The notes: generated by a model not told the origin, from the sequence alone. 64,000 nucleotides of DNA from an uncultured Collinsella sp. (GCA_900542905.1 UQPF01000005.1:62129-126128); one strand, 5' to 3'; positions 27,815 through 36,476 are shown, counted from the stretch's first letter. Numbers and translations: made by a program.

Positions 27815-28348
27815 ATGTTGAAGAAAACCCTCGCCTTCGCCCTGTCGGCGGCGCTTTTCGCGTTCTCGCTCGCCGGCTGCGGCGGAAATTCAATCGACAG
27901 CGCAAAGGCAAGCGATGCCGATTCCCAGGAAAAGACCGAACAGGTGGCCGATGCGCCCGAGGGCGCAAGCGCTGCCCCCATCACCGCCGACAAGGTGGCC
28001 GACGGCACCTATCCGATCACCGTAGATTCCAGCTCGAGCATGTTCAGGATTGTGGACGCCCAGCTCATCGTGGAAAACGGCTCCATGCACTGCGTGATGA
28101 CACTTTCCGGCACGGGCTACGGCAAGCTCTTCATGGGCACGGGCGACGAGGCTGCCGCCGCGAGCGAGGCCGACTTCATCCCCTATGCGGAAAACGCGGA
28201 AGGCAAGTACACCTACGACGTGCCCGTCGAAGCGCTCGACGAGGACACCGCCTGTGCCGCGTGGAGTATTAGAAAAGAGCGGTGGTACGACCGCACGCTC
28301 GTATTCGAATCCGCCGGCGTCGATCTGCGCGCCGACGCGCTGAAGTAA
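27815..28348 (+). CDS. Small lipoprotein of unassigned family (177 aa)
   Basis: MLKKTLAFALSAALFAFSLAGC lipobox signal with SD AAAGGA upstream. The mature domain is paralogous to the N-terminal domain of the next ORF. Confidence 0.75.
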   Translation: MLKKTLAFALSAALFAFSLAGCGGNSIDSAKASDADSQEKTEQVADAPEGASAAPITADKVADGTYPITVDSSSSMFRIVDAQLIVENGSMHCVMTLSGTGYGKLFMGTGDEAAAASEADFIPYAENAEGKYTYDVPVEALDEDTACAAWSIRKERWYDRTLVFESAGVDLRADALK

Positions 28349-28352
28349 CGCC

Positions 28353-29924
28353 ATGCGGTCGATTCTTCCCAAGGGGGAAAGCAGGAAGCGTCGCAGCATC
28401 GCGGTGCGCGTGATCGCCTGCATTCTCGTCGCCCTGCTCGCGCTTCCTTTCGCGGGGTGCAGTGCGAGCCCGAACGCGACCGGTGGCACGGCAGGCTCTC
28501 AGGAATACACTGTGAGCGTCTCGCTTTCCGGCGGGTCAGGGCGCGCAAGCATCGCCTCACCCACCGCAATTGTGAAGGATGGCGACACCTACACCGCGAC
28601 CATCACCTGGTCGAGTTCGAACTACGACAAGATGACCGTCGACGGCGTGGACTACGCGCCCGTAAACGACGGCAGCAACTCCACGTTCGAGATACCCGTC
28701 ACGCTCGACGAGGACATGGCCGTGTCGGCCGAGACCGTCGCCATGTCGACGCCGCACACCATCGACTACACGATCCACTTCGACTCATCCACCATGAAGG
28801 AGAAATCGGGCGACGATGCAAGCGGCGGCTCCCCTGCGGGAACGGCTTCAAGCGCCGCGGCCGACTTCCACAACGCAGATTTGGGCTGCGGCTGGGAGCC
28901 GACGGGGACGCTTCAGCTAGAATACGCCAAGCACTTCACTATCGACGAGTACGAAGGCGGCCTGCGGCTTATCTGCATTTCGAACGGGGAGCGCTTCCTC
29001 GTGGTGCCGCAAGATGCGAAGGTACCTGATGGGTTGAGCTCCGACATCGCGGTCATAAGGCGCCCCACCGACAAGGTGTACCTCGTGTCGTCGGCGACGA
29101 TGTGCCTGGTCGACGCGCTCGATGCGAACGACAATATCATCATGTCGGGCACGAAGGCCGACGATTGCTCGGTCGCGGGCTTCAAAAGCGCACTCGAAAG
29201 TGGGGAGATCGCCTACGGCGGCAAGTACAGCGCGCCCGACTACGAGCGAATATCGGCCTCGGGCTGCACGCTCGCCATCGAGAACACCATGATCAACCAC
29301 ACACCCGATGTGAAGGAAAAGCTGCAGAAACTCGGGCTCGTCGTGCTCACCGAACAGTCGTCGAGCGAGCCCGAAGCACTCGGGCGCGTCGAGTGGATTA
29401 AGCTTTTCGGCGTCCTGTTCGACAAGGAAGACGAGGCCGCGCACCTGTTCAACGAGCAGAAGGCCCGCGTCGAGCAAACGTCGGGGCTCGCGTCGTCAGG
29501 TAAAACCGTGGCGTATTTCTACATTAACTCGAACGGGGCCGCCGTCACGCGGCGGGCGGGCGACTACGTGGCGCAGATAATCGAGCTTGCAGGCGGCAGC
29601 TACGCGCTCGATGACGCGCAGACGGCGTCGACGTCAGGTTCGTCAGTAACGCTCGAAATGGAGCGCTTCTACGCGACGGCGAAGGATGCCGACATCATCG
29701 TCTACAACGGCACCATCGACGAATCGGTTGCCACCTTGAACGACTTCGTAGGCAAAAACGCGCTATTGTCGCAGTTCAAAGCCGTGAAGAACGGCAACGT
29801 CTGGGTCACAAGCGCCGACATGTACCAGCAGATGACTTCTACCGCCGACATTATCGACGAACTGCACGGGGCGTTCACCGGCGATGACGCGAGCGACTTC
29901 CATTATCTGAGGAAGCTCGGCTAG
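28353..29924 (+). CDS. Lipoprotein: unassigned N-terminal domain + cluster-A/type-II ABC substrate-binding domain (FecB/BtuF-like, Peripla_BP_2)
   Basis: Lipobox LPFAGC. The extra domain is aa ~50-146. From aa ~185 there is Peripla_BP_2-like sequence (KVYLVSSATMCLVDALDA..., EWIKLFGVLFDKEDEA). Confidence 0.8.
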   Translation: MRSILPKGESRKRRSIAVRVIACILVALLALPFAGCSASPNATGGTAGSQEYTVSVSLSGGSGRASIASPTAIVKDGDTYTATITWSSSNYDKMTVDGVDYAPVNDGSNSTFEIPVTLDEDMAVSAETVAMSTPHTIDYTIHFDSSTMKEKSGDDASGGSPAGTASSAAADFHNADLGCGWEPTGTLQLEYAKHFTIDEYEGGLRLICISNGERFLVVPQDAKVPDGLSSDIAVIRRPTDKVYLVSSATMCLVDALDANDNIIMSGTKADDCSVAGFKSALESGEIAYGGKYSAPDYERISASGCTLAIENTMINHTPDVKEKLQKLGLVVLTEQSSSEPEALGRVEWIKLFGVLFDKEDEAAHLFNEQKARVEQTSGLASSGKTVAYFYINSNGAAVTRRAGDYVAQIIELAGGSYALDDAQTASTSGSSVTLEMERFYATAKDADIIVYNGTIDESVATLNDFVGKNALLSQFKAVKNGNVWVTSADMYQQMTSTADIIDELHGAFTGDDASDFHYLRKLG

Positions 29925-29928
29925 CACC

Positions 29929-30969
29929 ATGAAAAGCCGACTTTCCATGACATACGACGAATCGGGGCGCGCCGCGCGGTGTCGCGTCGTGACGGCGCTG
30001 CTCGCTGTTGCCCTCATCGTGCTCGTCGGGGCCAACCTGTGCATCGGGAGCGTGCTCGTGCCAGCAGACCACATCCCCGGCATCCTTTCGGGCGGCGCGG
30101 CCAATTCCATGGAAAGCCAGGTCATCTGGGAGATTCGCCTGCCGCGCGTGCTTTCAGCCGTGCTTCTCGGCGGGGCGCTTTCCCTCTCCGGGTTCCTGCT
30201 GCAGACGTTTTTCAACAACCCCATCGCCGACCCGTTCATCTTGGGCGTCTCCTCGGGTGCAAAGTTCGTCGTAGCGCTTACGATGATTGTACTTCTGGGC
30301 GCGAACCAGGCCATGTCCTCCCCGGCCATGGTGGCCGCAGCGTTTCTGGGCTCGCTTATCACCATCGGCTTCGTGCTCCTCATCGCACGGCGCATAAGTT
30401 CCATGGCCATACTCATCGTGGCGGGCGTCATGGTGGGATACATCTGCTCGGCGGCGACGAACTTCCTCATCGCCTTCGCCGACGACCAGTCCATCGTGAA
30501 CCTGCACAACTGGTCTTTGGGTAGCTTCTCGGGTTCGAGCTGGGACGACATCGCGGTCATCGCGGTCGTGGTGATCACCGTGAGCGCATGCGTATTCGCG
30601 ATATCGAAGCCCCTTTCCGCCTTCCAGCTGGGAGAAGCCTACGCGAAAAGCGTCGGCGTGAACGTCGCACGCTTCCGCGTGGTGCTCGTCCTTCTAGCGA
30701 GCATGCTCTCCGCCTGCGTGACCGCGTTCGCTGGTCCGGTGTCGTTCGTAGGCATCGCGGTTCCGCATCTCGTTAAGTCGGCGCTGAAGTCGTCGAAGCC
30801 TATCCGCGTGATTCCTGCGTGCTTCTTGGGAGGCGCCATCTTTTGCGCGGGCTGCGATTTGATCGCGCGCACGCTGTTCTCCCCCGTCGAGCTTTCCATC
30901 AGCGCCGTCACCGCCATCTTCGGCGCGCCGGTGGTTATTGCACTCATGTTGAAGAAGCGGGTGAGGTAG
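29929..30969 (+). CDS. ABC importer permease, FecCD/BtuC family
   Basis: 346 aa with ~10 TM segments and family motifs (IRLPRVL, GGALSLSG, PIADPFILGVSSGA, FVGIAVPHL). Confidence 0.92.
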   Translation: MKSRLSMTYDESGRAARCRVVTALLAVALIVLVGANLCIGSVLVPADHIPGILSGGAANSMESQVIWEIRLPRVLSAVLLGGALSLSGFLLQTFFNNPIADPFILGVSSGAKFVVALTMIVLLGANQAMSSPAMVAAAFLGSLITIGFVLLIARRISSMAILIVAGVMVGYICSAATNFLIAFADDQSIVNLHNWSLGSFSGSSWDDIAVIAVVVITVSACVFAISKPLSAFQLGEAYAKSVGVNVARFRVVLVLLASMLSACVTAFAGPVSFVGIAVPHLVKSALKSSKPIRVIPACFLGGAIFCAGCDLIARTLFSPVELSISAVTAIFGAPVVIALMLKKRVR

Positions 30970-32286
30970 ATGGGGGAATTCGTGCCGCGGACCAAAACGC
31001 TCGGAGGGAACATTCCATGCTTGGCCAGTTCTGAGCTCGCACGAAAGCGCCAGAAGGCACTTTCGGCTCGTGCGGAACTGCGCGCGGAACGCCTCCTTCG
31101 AGCGGAGTCGAACCTCGAAACCCCGGTAAAAACGCAGGCTGACGGAGCGCCGCTTTTCCGCATAAGCGACCTGTCGGCGGGCTACGACAAGAAGGTCGTA
31201 GTCGAAGGCGTCGATCTGGAGGTTCGCGCGGGCGACGTCGTGGCACTCATCGGGCCGAACGGCTCGGGCAAGTCGACCATCTTGAAAACCATCACACGCC
31301 ATCTGGCACCGCTTGCCGGCGCGGTCGAGCTCGACGGGCGGGAGATTTCCCGATGGAAGACGGCGGAGTTCGCAAGGAACCTTGCCGTTATGCTGACAGA
31401 TCGCCCCCGAACCGAGCTCCTCACCTGCCGCGATATCGTAGAGGCGGGAAGGCATCCCTACACCGGGCGAATGGGCGCACTCACGCCCGACGACCATAAT
31501 CGGGTCGACGAGGCCATGAAAACCGCACATGTGGAAAAGCTTGCCGAGCGCGACTTCATGCAGATAAGCGACGGGCAACGCCAGCGCGTCATGCTCGCAC
31601 GCGCCATCGCGCAGGATCCGCGCGTGCTCGTGCTCGACGAGCCCACGTCGTATCTCGATATCCGCTACCAGATCGACCTGCTGCGAATACTTCGCCACCT
31701 TGCGAAATCGCGGAATGTTGCTGTCATCATGTCCATCCACGAACTCGAGCTCGCGCAGAAAAGCGCCGACAAGGTGATTTGCGTGAAGGACGGCCGGGTC
31801 TTCCGCGCCGGCGCACCCGAGGACATATTCACGCGCGAGACGATTGGCGAGCTCTACGGCCTGCAACATGGCACCTTCAACGAGCGCTTCGGCAGCGTGG
31901 AAATTGGGCGCCCGCACGGCGATGCGCACACGTTCGTCATCGCCGGCGCAGGTACGGGGTCGGCTGTGTTTCGCCAGCTCATCCGGCAGGGCAAGGCGTT
32001 CTACGCGGGCGTTCTGCACGAAGGGGACATCGACTGCGAGCTCGCGCGCGACCTGGCGACGGAATGCGTGGCCGAGCGCGCCTTCGAGCCGATCGGGGAT
32101 AAAACCATAGCCCGCGCCAAAGAGCTCCTCGTCCACTGCACGCGCCTTATCGTGTGCCCCGCCGCCTTCGGCACCATAAACGCCCGCAACGCAGAGCTCG
32201 TCGAGTTCGCACGCTCGCATGGTATCGAGGTCATGCGAGCGTGCGAAGGCGCATCGGAGGATTCCCAATTGGAGTGGGAAGGATAA
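30970..32286 (+). CDS. ABC importer ATP-binding protein (FepC/BtuD-like) with an extra ~130-aa C-terminal domain
   Basis: Walker A GPNGSGKST, signature ISDGQRQRV, Walker B LVLDEPTSYLD, H-loop SIHEL. The ~60-aa N-terminal extension is uncertain (an alternative GTG lies at 31126). Residues ~308-438 lie beyond the normal ABC cassette. Confidence 0.85.
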   Translation: MGEFVPRTKTLGGNIPCLASSELARKRQKALSARAELRAERLLRAESNLETPVKTQADGAPLFRISDLSAGYDKKVVVEGVDLEVRAGDVVALIGPNGSGKSTILKTITRHLAPLAGAVELDGREISRWKTAEFARNLAVMLTDRPRTELLTCRDIVEAGRHPYTGRMGALTPDDHNRVDEAMKTAHVEKLAERDFMQISDGQRQRVMLARAIAQDPRVLVLDEPTSYLDIRYQIDLLRILRHLAKSRNVAVIMSIHELELAQKSADKVICVKDGRVFRAGAPEDIFTRETIGELYGLQHGTFNERFGSVEIGRPHGDAHTFVIAGAGTGSAVFRQLIRQGKAFYAGVLHEGDIDCELARDLATECVAERAFEPIGDKTIARAKELLVHCTRLIVCPAAFGTINARNAELVEFARSHGIEVMRACEGASEDSQLEWEG

Positions 32287-32397
32287 ACTGGACTTTTTTT
32301 AAGGATCCTCAGGCTACAGCTCCTACGCCGGCGAGGTCTCCAAGGCGCCGGAGAACCTCGTGAACAGGAATTTCCACGCCGACGAGCCCAACTAGGC

Positions 32398-33009
32398 CTA
32401 ATCCAAGCGAGATTCCAGGCTCGACAGGCCGTTGAGCGTGAGGTCGTTGGCGACCTCCGAGACGCGCTCGATAGGAACCGAGCCATCAGACAGTGCCCAC
32501 GTGCGATAGATACCGATAATACCCGACAGCAAAAACGCCAGATAGTAGTCGAACATCTCGTCCTTGAGACCTTGGGGCAGCAGATCGCGTTCGGCAATCT
32601 CGTGCTCGAGCGGCGCACGAAGACGAGCCATAAAATCATCGAGCGGAATGTTCTCGATCAGCTGACGATTGAGCACCAAGTTGTTGCACAGTGCCTCGTT
32701 AACGGTTTTAAAGAAGGTCGCCGCCGCGCCCAGGGCGCGCTCGTTGGTGTCGCCGTCCATGGAAGCAAGCGTTTTCTCGACCGAGTCGACAATCATCTCC
32801 ACCACATCGACGGCAATGGCATCGAGCAGGCCGTCAACCGTGCCAAAGTGAACGTAAAAGGTCTTGCGGTCGACATTGGCCTCGCGCGCGATGGCACTCA
32901 CCGTAATGTCTGCCAGCGGCTTTTCCATGAGCAGGCGCTCGAAAGCGGAAAGGATGGCATTGCGGCTGCGAACGATGCGGCGGTCAAGACGCGGTTTGCT
33001 GGTTGCCAT
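32398..33009 (-). CDS. TetR/AcrR-family transcriptional regulator
   Basis: HTH region ITVSAIAREANVDRKTFYVHF. The start was set at ATG 33009 (SD GAAGGG 8 nt upstream). The ORF track start 33036 and ATG 33015 are alternatives. Confidence 0.85.
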   Translation of the reverse strand: MATSKPRLDRRIVRSRNAILSAFERLLMEKPLADITVSAIAREANVDRKTFYVHFGTVDGLLDAIAVDVVEMIVDSVEKTLASMDGDTNERALGAAATFFKTVNEALCNNLVLNRQLIENIPLDDFMARLRAPLEHEIAERDLLPQGLKDEMFDYYLAFLLSGIIGIYRTWALSDGSVPIERVSEVANDLTLNGLSSLESRLD

Positions 33010-33125
33010 GGGCATGTCCCTTCGATATGCGAGCATTCATCAACAGATGAGAGATAATCTACGTAAGAGGATTATCCCCCATACAGCACAAATATGCCCC
33101 GCATCATGAAGAACGCACGACTACC

Positions 33126-34433
33126 CTACTGCGACTTAGGGTGCTTCTTCTTATTGAGTGCCGACGGAGATACGCGAATACCGTCGCCTGTCTGGCGCAC
33201 ATAGGCTTTATGAGCCGGCTTAGCGGTCCCAGAAGCCTTCTGAGCCTGCTTCTTGGGATCAACGGTAACAGCATTCGTGGGGTGGGGCTTTGTGGGCGCA
33301 GAGGGCGTTTGAGGCGTGCGACCGAGCTTGCGCATCACGCGATCCCAGCGCGCATGGATGCTCTCGTTGTGGGCACTCTTAAGGCCCAGCAGGGGCGCAG
33401 CCAAAATGGTCGGCGCAATAAACGTAATGAGGCGCCACAGCAGATAGCCGGCGGTCGAAGCCGACCCAAAGAAATGACCCAAGAACAATGCAAAGCCGCC
33501 CTCAGCGCCACCAGTTCCACCGGGCAGGGGGACCGCAGAGCTCAACAGCTGGACAAAGGCGCTCGCGGCCATGACCGAGAAAAAGTCGACCTCGTGGTGG
33601 CCAAAGGCAAGCATCAGGAAATACGGCACGAGGTAGAAAAACGCGAGCTGTAGCATGGTGATGACCACCGTGAGCAGCATGGACGAAAAGTGGCCAGCCG
33701 AAAGCTTGAACTTCTCGGAGAACGAGTAGATCTCGCCATCGACAAACGTGCGCCATCCCTCGATCTTAGTGGACGAGACGCCTATGCGCTCGAGCCAATT
33801 AATGATGCAATGGGCGACGCGCGTGACGGTCTTAGGCATGAGCGCGACGGCGAAGATGCCAAGCAAGATGCAGCAGTGCCCACCAAAGCTAAAGACGCAC
33901 AGCAGCGTCATGTCGCCATAGCGCTCGGCAAAAAACGGCATGCGAGCAAGCAGGAGGATAGCGCCCCAGGCAACGAGGCCAAACTGGTACACGATAAAGC
34001 GCGTGAACTGCGTGGCTCCGGCCTCGCCGACATTTTGGCCCGCTTTGGTCAGGCGGTAGATCTGGGCGGGAGTCGAGCCCATCATCATAGGCGTCAAGTT
34101 GCCAAAGAAGATGCCACTCGCCTCGACCGAAATGAGGTCGCGAATACCGACGGGCGAATATGGGTCGAGCCAGACGGCGATCGCATAGGCCACAATGCCA
34201 AAGAACAGATACATGAACATGCAAAGACACGCGACAACGAGCCATGGCGCCTGGACGCTCGACATAGCGGCCCAGAACTGCCCCATCTGCCCGGTAACCA
34301 CCAGATAGACGATATAACCCACCAGCACGACGCCGATAAAGATGGCGCCACGGCGTGCACTCTTATTGTCATCTCCGCCCGAGGCCTCAACCTCGACCTG
34401 GGGCTTAGACGTATGCTGAGAGGACTCCGTCAT
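33126..34433 (-). CDS. Integral membrane protein, lysylphosphatidylglycerol-synthase-TM / flippase-like (UPF0104) family, with a basic C-terminal tail
   Basis: The ATG at 34433 is preceded by GAAGGAG. About 8 TM segments with a conserved ...LPGGTGGAEGGF... segment. Confidence 0.7.
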   Translation of the reverse strand: MTESSQHTSKPQVEVEASGGDDNKSARRGAIFIGVVLVGYIVYLVVTGQMGQFWAAMSSVQAPWLVVACLCMFMYLFFGIVAYAIAVWLDPYSPVGIRDLISVEASGIFFGNLTPMMMGSTPAQIYRLTKAGQNVGEAGATQFTRFIVYQFGLVAWGAILLLARMPFFAERYGDMTLLCVFSFGGHCCILLGIFAVALMPKTVTRVAHCIINWLERIGVSSTKIEGWRTFVDGEIYSFSEKFKLSAGHFSSMLLTVVITMLQLAFFYLVPYFLMLAFGHHEVDFFSVMAASAFVQLLSSAVPLPGGTGGAEGGFALFLGHFFGSASTAGYLLWRLITFIAPTILAAPLLGLKSAHNESIHARWDRVMRKLGRTPQTPSAPTKPHPTNAVTVDPKKQAQKASGTAKPAHKAYVRQTGDGIRVSPSALNKKKHPKSQ

Positions 34434-34539
34434 GAGACTCCTTCTAACAGTCAAAATATCTTGGATATTGTACCCGTAAGGGCCATAAGCAGAACGCAAA
34501 GCTCTGGTTCAAACGGGAATTGCAGACGGTTGTTTGAAA

Positions 34540-34576
34540 ATAAAAAACCCGGCCTTCCATGGGAAGTCCGGGTATC
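34540..34576 (-). terminator. Intrinsic terminator downstream of the tRNA-Glu pair
   Basis: On the minus strand: ACCCGGACTTCC-CAT-GGAAGGCCGGGT followed by TTTTTTATTTT. Confidence 0.75.
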
Positions 34577-34583
34577 AGATGCG

Positions 34584-34660
34584 TGGTAGCCCGTACCAGA
34601 TTCGAACTGGTGATCTCCGCCTTGAGAGGGCGGCGTCCTAAACCGCTAGACGAACGGGCC
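34584..34660 (-). tRNA. tRNA-Glu (anticodon CUC), CCA encoded
   Basis: Hand-folded cloverleaf of GGCCCGTTCGTCTAGCGGTTTAGGACGCCGCCCTCTCAAGGCGGAGATCACCAGTTCGAATCTGGTACGGGCTACCA. The anticodon stem is CCGCC/GGCGG, the loop is CT-CTC-AA, and the T-loop is TTCGAAT. Confidence 0.9.
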
Positions 34661-34682
34661 ATAAGCCTCAGCAGAAAAGAAG

Positions 34683-34759
34683 TGGTAGCCCGTACCAGAT
34701 TCGAACTGGTGATCTCCGCCTTGAGAGGGCGGCGTCCTAAACCGCTAGACGAACGGGCC
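34683..34759 (-). tRNA. tRNA-Glu (anticodon CUC), second identical copy
   Basis: 77/77 nt identical to 34584-34660, separated from it by a 22-nt spacer. Confidence 0.9.
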
Positions 34760-34886
34760 ACATGACATCTGCACTGCCGTGCTGCGAGGAAATATATTAC
34801 GGGACAAAAAACGTCAGCGCAAGAAGAAATTCCAAATTGCCGAAAAATTGTCGGCAGGTTATGGAACACACAGGTAAACTGGGTAG

Positions 34887-36281
34887 CTAATTCAAGTTGA
34901 GATGGACCAAAAGAGCTTCGCGCTCGTTGGGGATGTTGTCTTCGATCACGGCGTCGAGGGCGGAGTTGAGTAGCTGCCCCAGTTCCGGCCCGGGCTTGAC
35001 TCCGGCACGAATCAGGTCGCCGCCGTTGATGGCGAGCATCTTGAGCGTATAGGGCTCCCCCGCCTTCAGCAGCTCGTGCGCCATCGCGCGCATCTCCTCA
35101 ATCGTCTCAACGTAATAGAAGCACGACGGGGCCTTGCCGAGCGTGTCGGCACGCTTAAGATCCATGAGCTCGTCCATCAAACGCGGCGTGTCGACGCCCT
35201 CGCCCGAAAGCGCGCGCATCATATTGAGCAGGCAGGAGCGCTCGGGGCGCAGCGGCTTGTCGTGATATTTGATGAGCAGGCACACGTCGCGCACCAGGTC
35301 GTGCGAGAGCGCCAGGCGATCCATAATGACGCGCGCTTTCTTGGCGCCGAGCTCGGGATGACCGTAGAAGTGTCCGCTGCCGGCGTGATCGACCGTGAAA
35401 CACTCGGGCTTGGACACATCGTGCAAAAACGCCGCCCACATAAGGCTCGACGAGGGCGCGACGCCGTCACACAGCGCGAGCTCCCCCGCCACCGTAAGCA
35501 CACGGGCGATATGCTCGTAGACGTTAAACGCATGATAGACACTGCGCTGATCAAACCCGCGACCCGCTGCCAACTCGGGCACGGCGGCGCAGATGAGCTC
35601 GGGGTAGCGCAGCATCGCGTCTCCCCCATGACCGGTCGAAAGAATGCCCTCGAGCTCAATACCCACACGCTCGCGCGCCACGGCGTCGAGCAGCGGCGCG
35701 CACTCGGCAAGCGCTCGCTTAGTCTCGGGCTCAATCATAAAGTCCAGGCGGCAGGCAAAGCGCACCGCACGCAACATGCGCAGGGCGTCCTCGTTAAAGC
35801 GACGCTTGGGATCGCCGACAGCGCGAATCAGCTTGCGCTCCAAGTCACCCTGGCCGTCGTAGCGGTCGACAAGCCCGCGCTCGGGATGCCAGGCCATGGC
35901 GTTGACGGTAAAGTCGCGGCGCGCCAGATCGTCCTCGAGCGAGGCGGCACGCTCCACACTCTGGGGATGGCGACCATCGGTGTAAAAGCCATCCAAACGG
36001 TACGTGGTGACCTCGATACGCTCGCCATCGGAAATAGCCGTGATTCCGCCAAATTTAATGCCCGACTCCACAACCGCGATGCCGGCGGCCTCGAGCGCCG
36101 CCTTGGACTCCTGCCACAGGCCGCTACAGCACATATCAACATCGTGGCTGGGGCACCCCATCAGGGCGTCGCGCACCCAACCGCCCACGTACCAAGCCTC
36201 AAGACCAGCCGCCTCAAGCGCGCGCAGGACGCACAGGGACGCATCGGACGGTTGATTACCGTTGAGCGAAACATTGCACAT
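34887..36281 (-). CDS. cca: CCA-adding tRNA nucleotidyltransferase (PolyA_pol head + HD domain)
   Basis: GGWVRDALMGCPSHDVDM nucleotidyltransferase motif and HD region FLHDVSKP. The ATG at 36281 is preceded by AGGAGG (8-nt spacing). The track start 36299 is a GTG inside the SD. Confidence 0.88.
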   Translation of the reverse strand: MCNVSLNGNQPSDASLCVLRALEAAGLEAWYVGGWVRDALMGCPSHDVDMCCSGLWQESKAALEAAGIAVVESGIKFGGITAISDGERIEVTTYRLDGFYTDGRHPQSVERAASLEDDLARRDFTVNAMAWHPERGLVDRYDGQGDLERKLIRAVGDPKRRFNEDALRMLRAVRFACRLDFMIEPETKRALAECAPLLDAVARERVGIELEGILSTGHGGDAMLRYPELICAAVPELAAGRGFDQRSVYHAFNVYEHIARVLTVAGELALCDGVAPSSSLMWAAFLHDVSKPECFTVDHAGSGHFYGHPELGAKKARVIMDRLALSHDLVRDVCLLIKYHDKPLRPERSCLLNMMRALSGEGVDTPRLMDELMDLKRADTLGKAPSCFYYVETIEEMRAMAHELLKAGEPYTLKMLAINGGDLIRAGVKPGPELGQLLNSALDAVIEDNIPNEREALLVHLNLN

Positions 36282-36416
36282 GCCTATGGCCTCCTGCACT
36301 TGTGAGCGTTAATCGATGGTTCTCAAGAAGTCTAACAAGAAACGAGAAAGCGCGCACACGCAATCGCGTCGTCAATTCCATAAAACGAGACAGCAGACGC
36401 CATATGCGTTCAGCGA

Positions 36417-36455
36417 GCAAAAAACACCCGCCTCGGAGATCCAAAGCGGGTGTTC
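36417..36455 (-). terminator. Intrinsic terminator after the distal pfkB-family gene
   Basis: On the minus strand: AACACCCGC...GCGGGTGTT followed by TTTTTT. Confidence 0.75.
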
Positions 36456-36476
36456 GGCAGCGATTTTTCGATGCGG

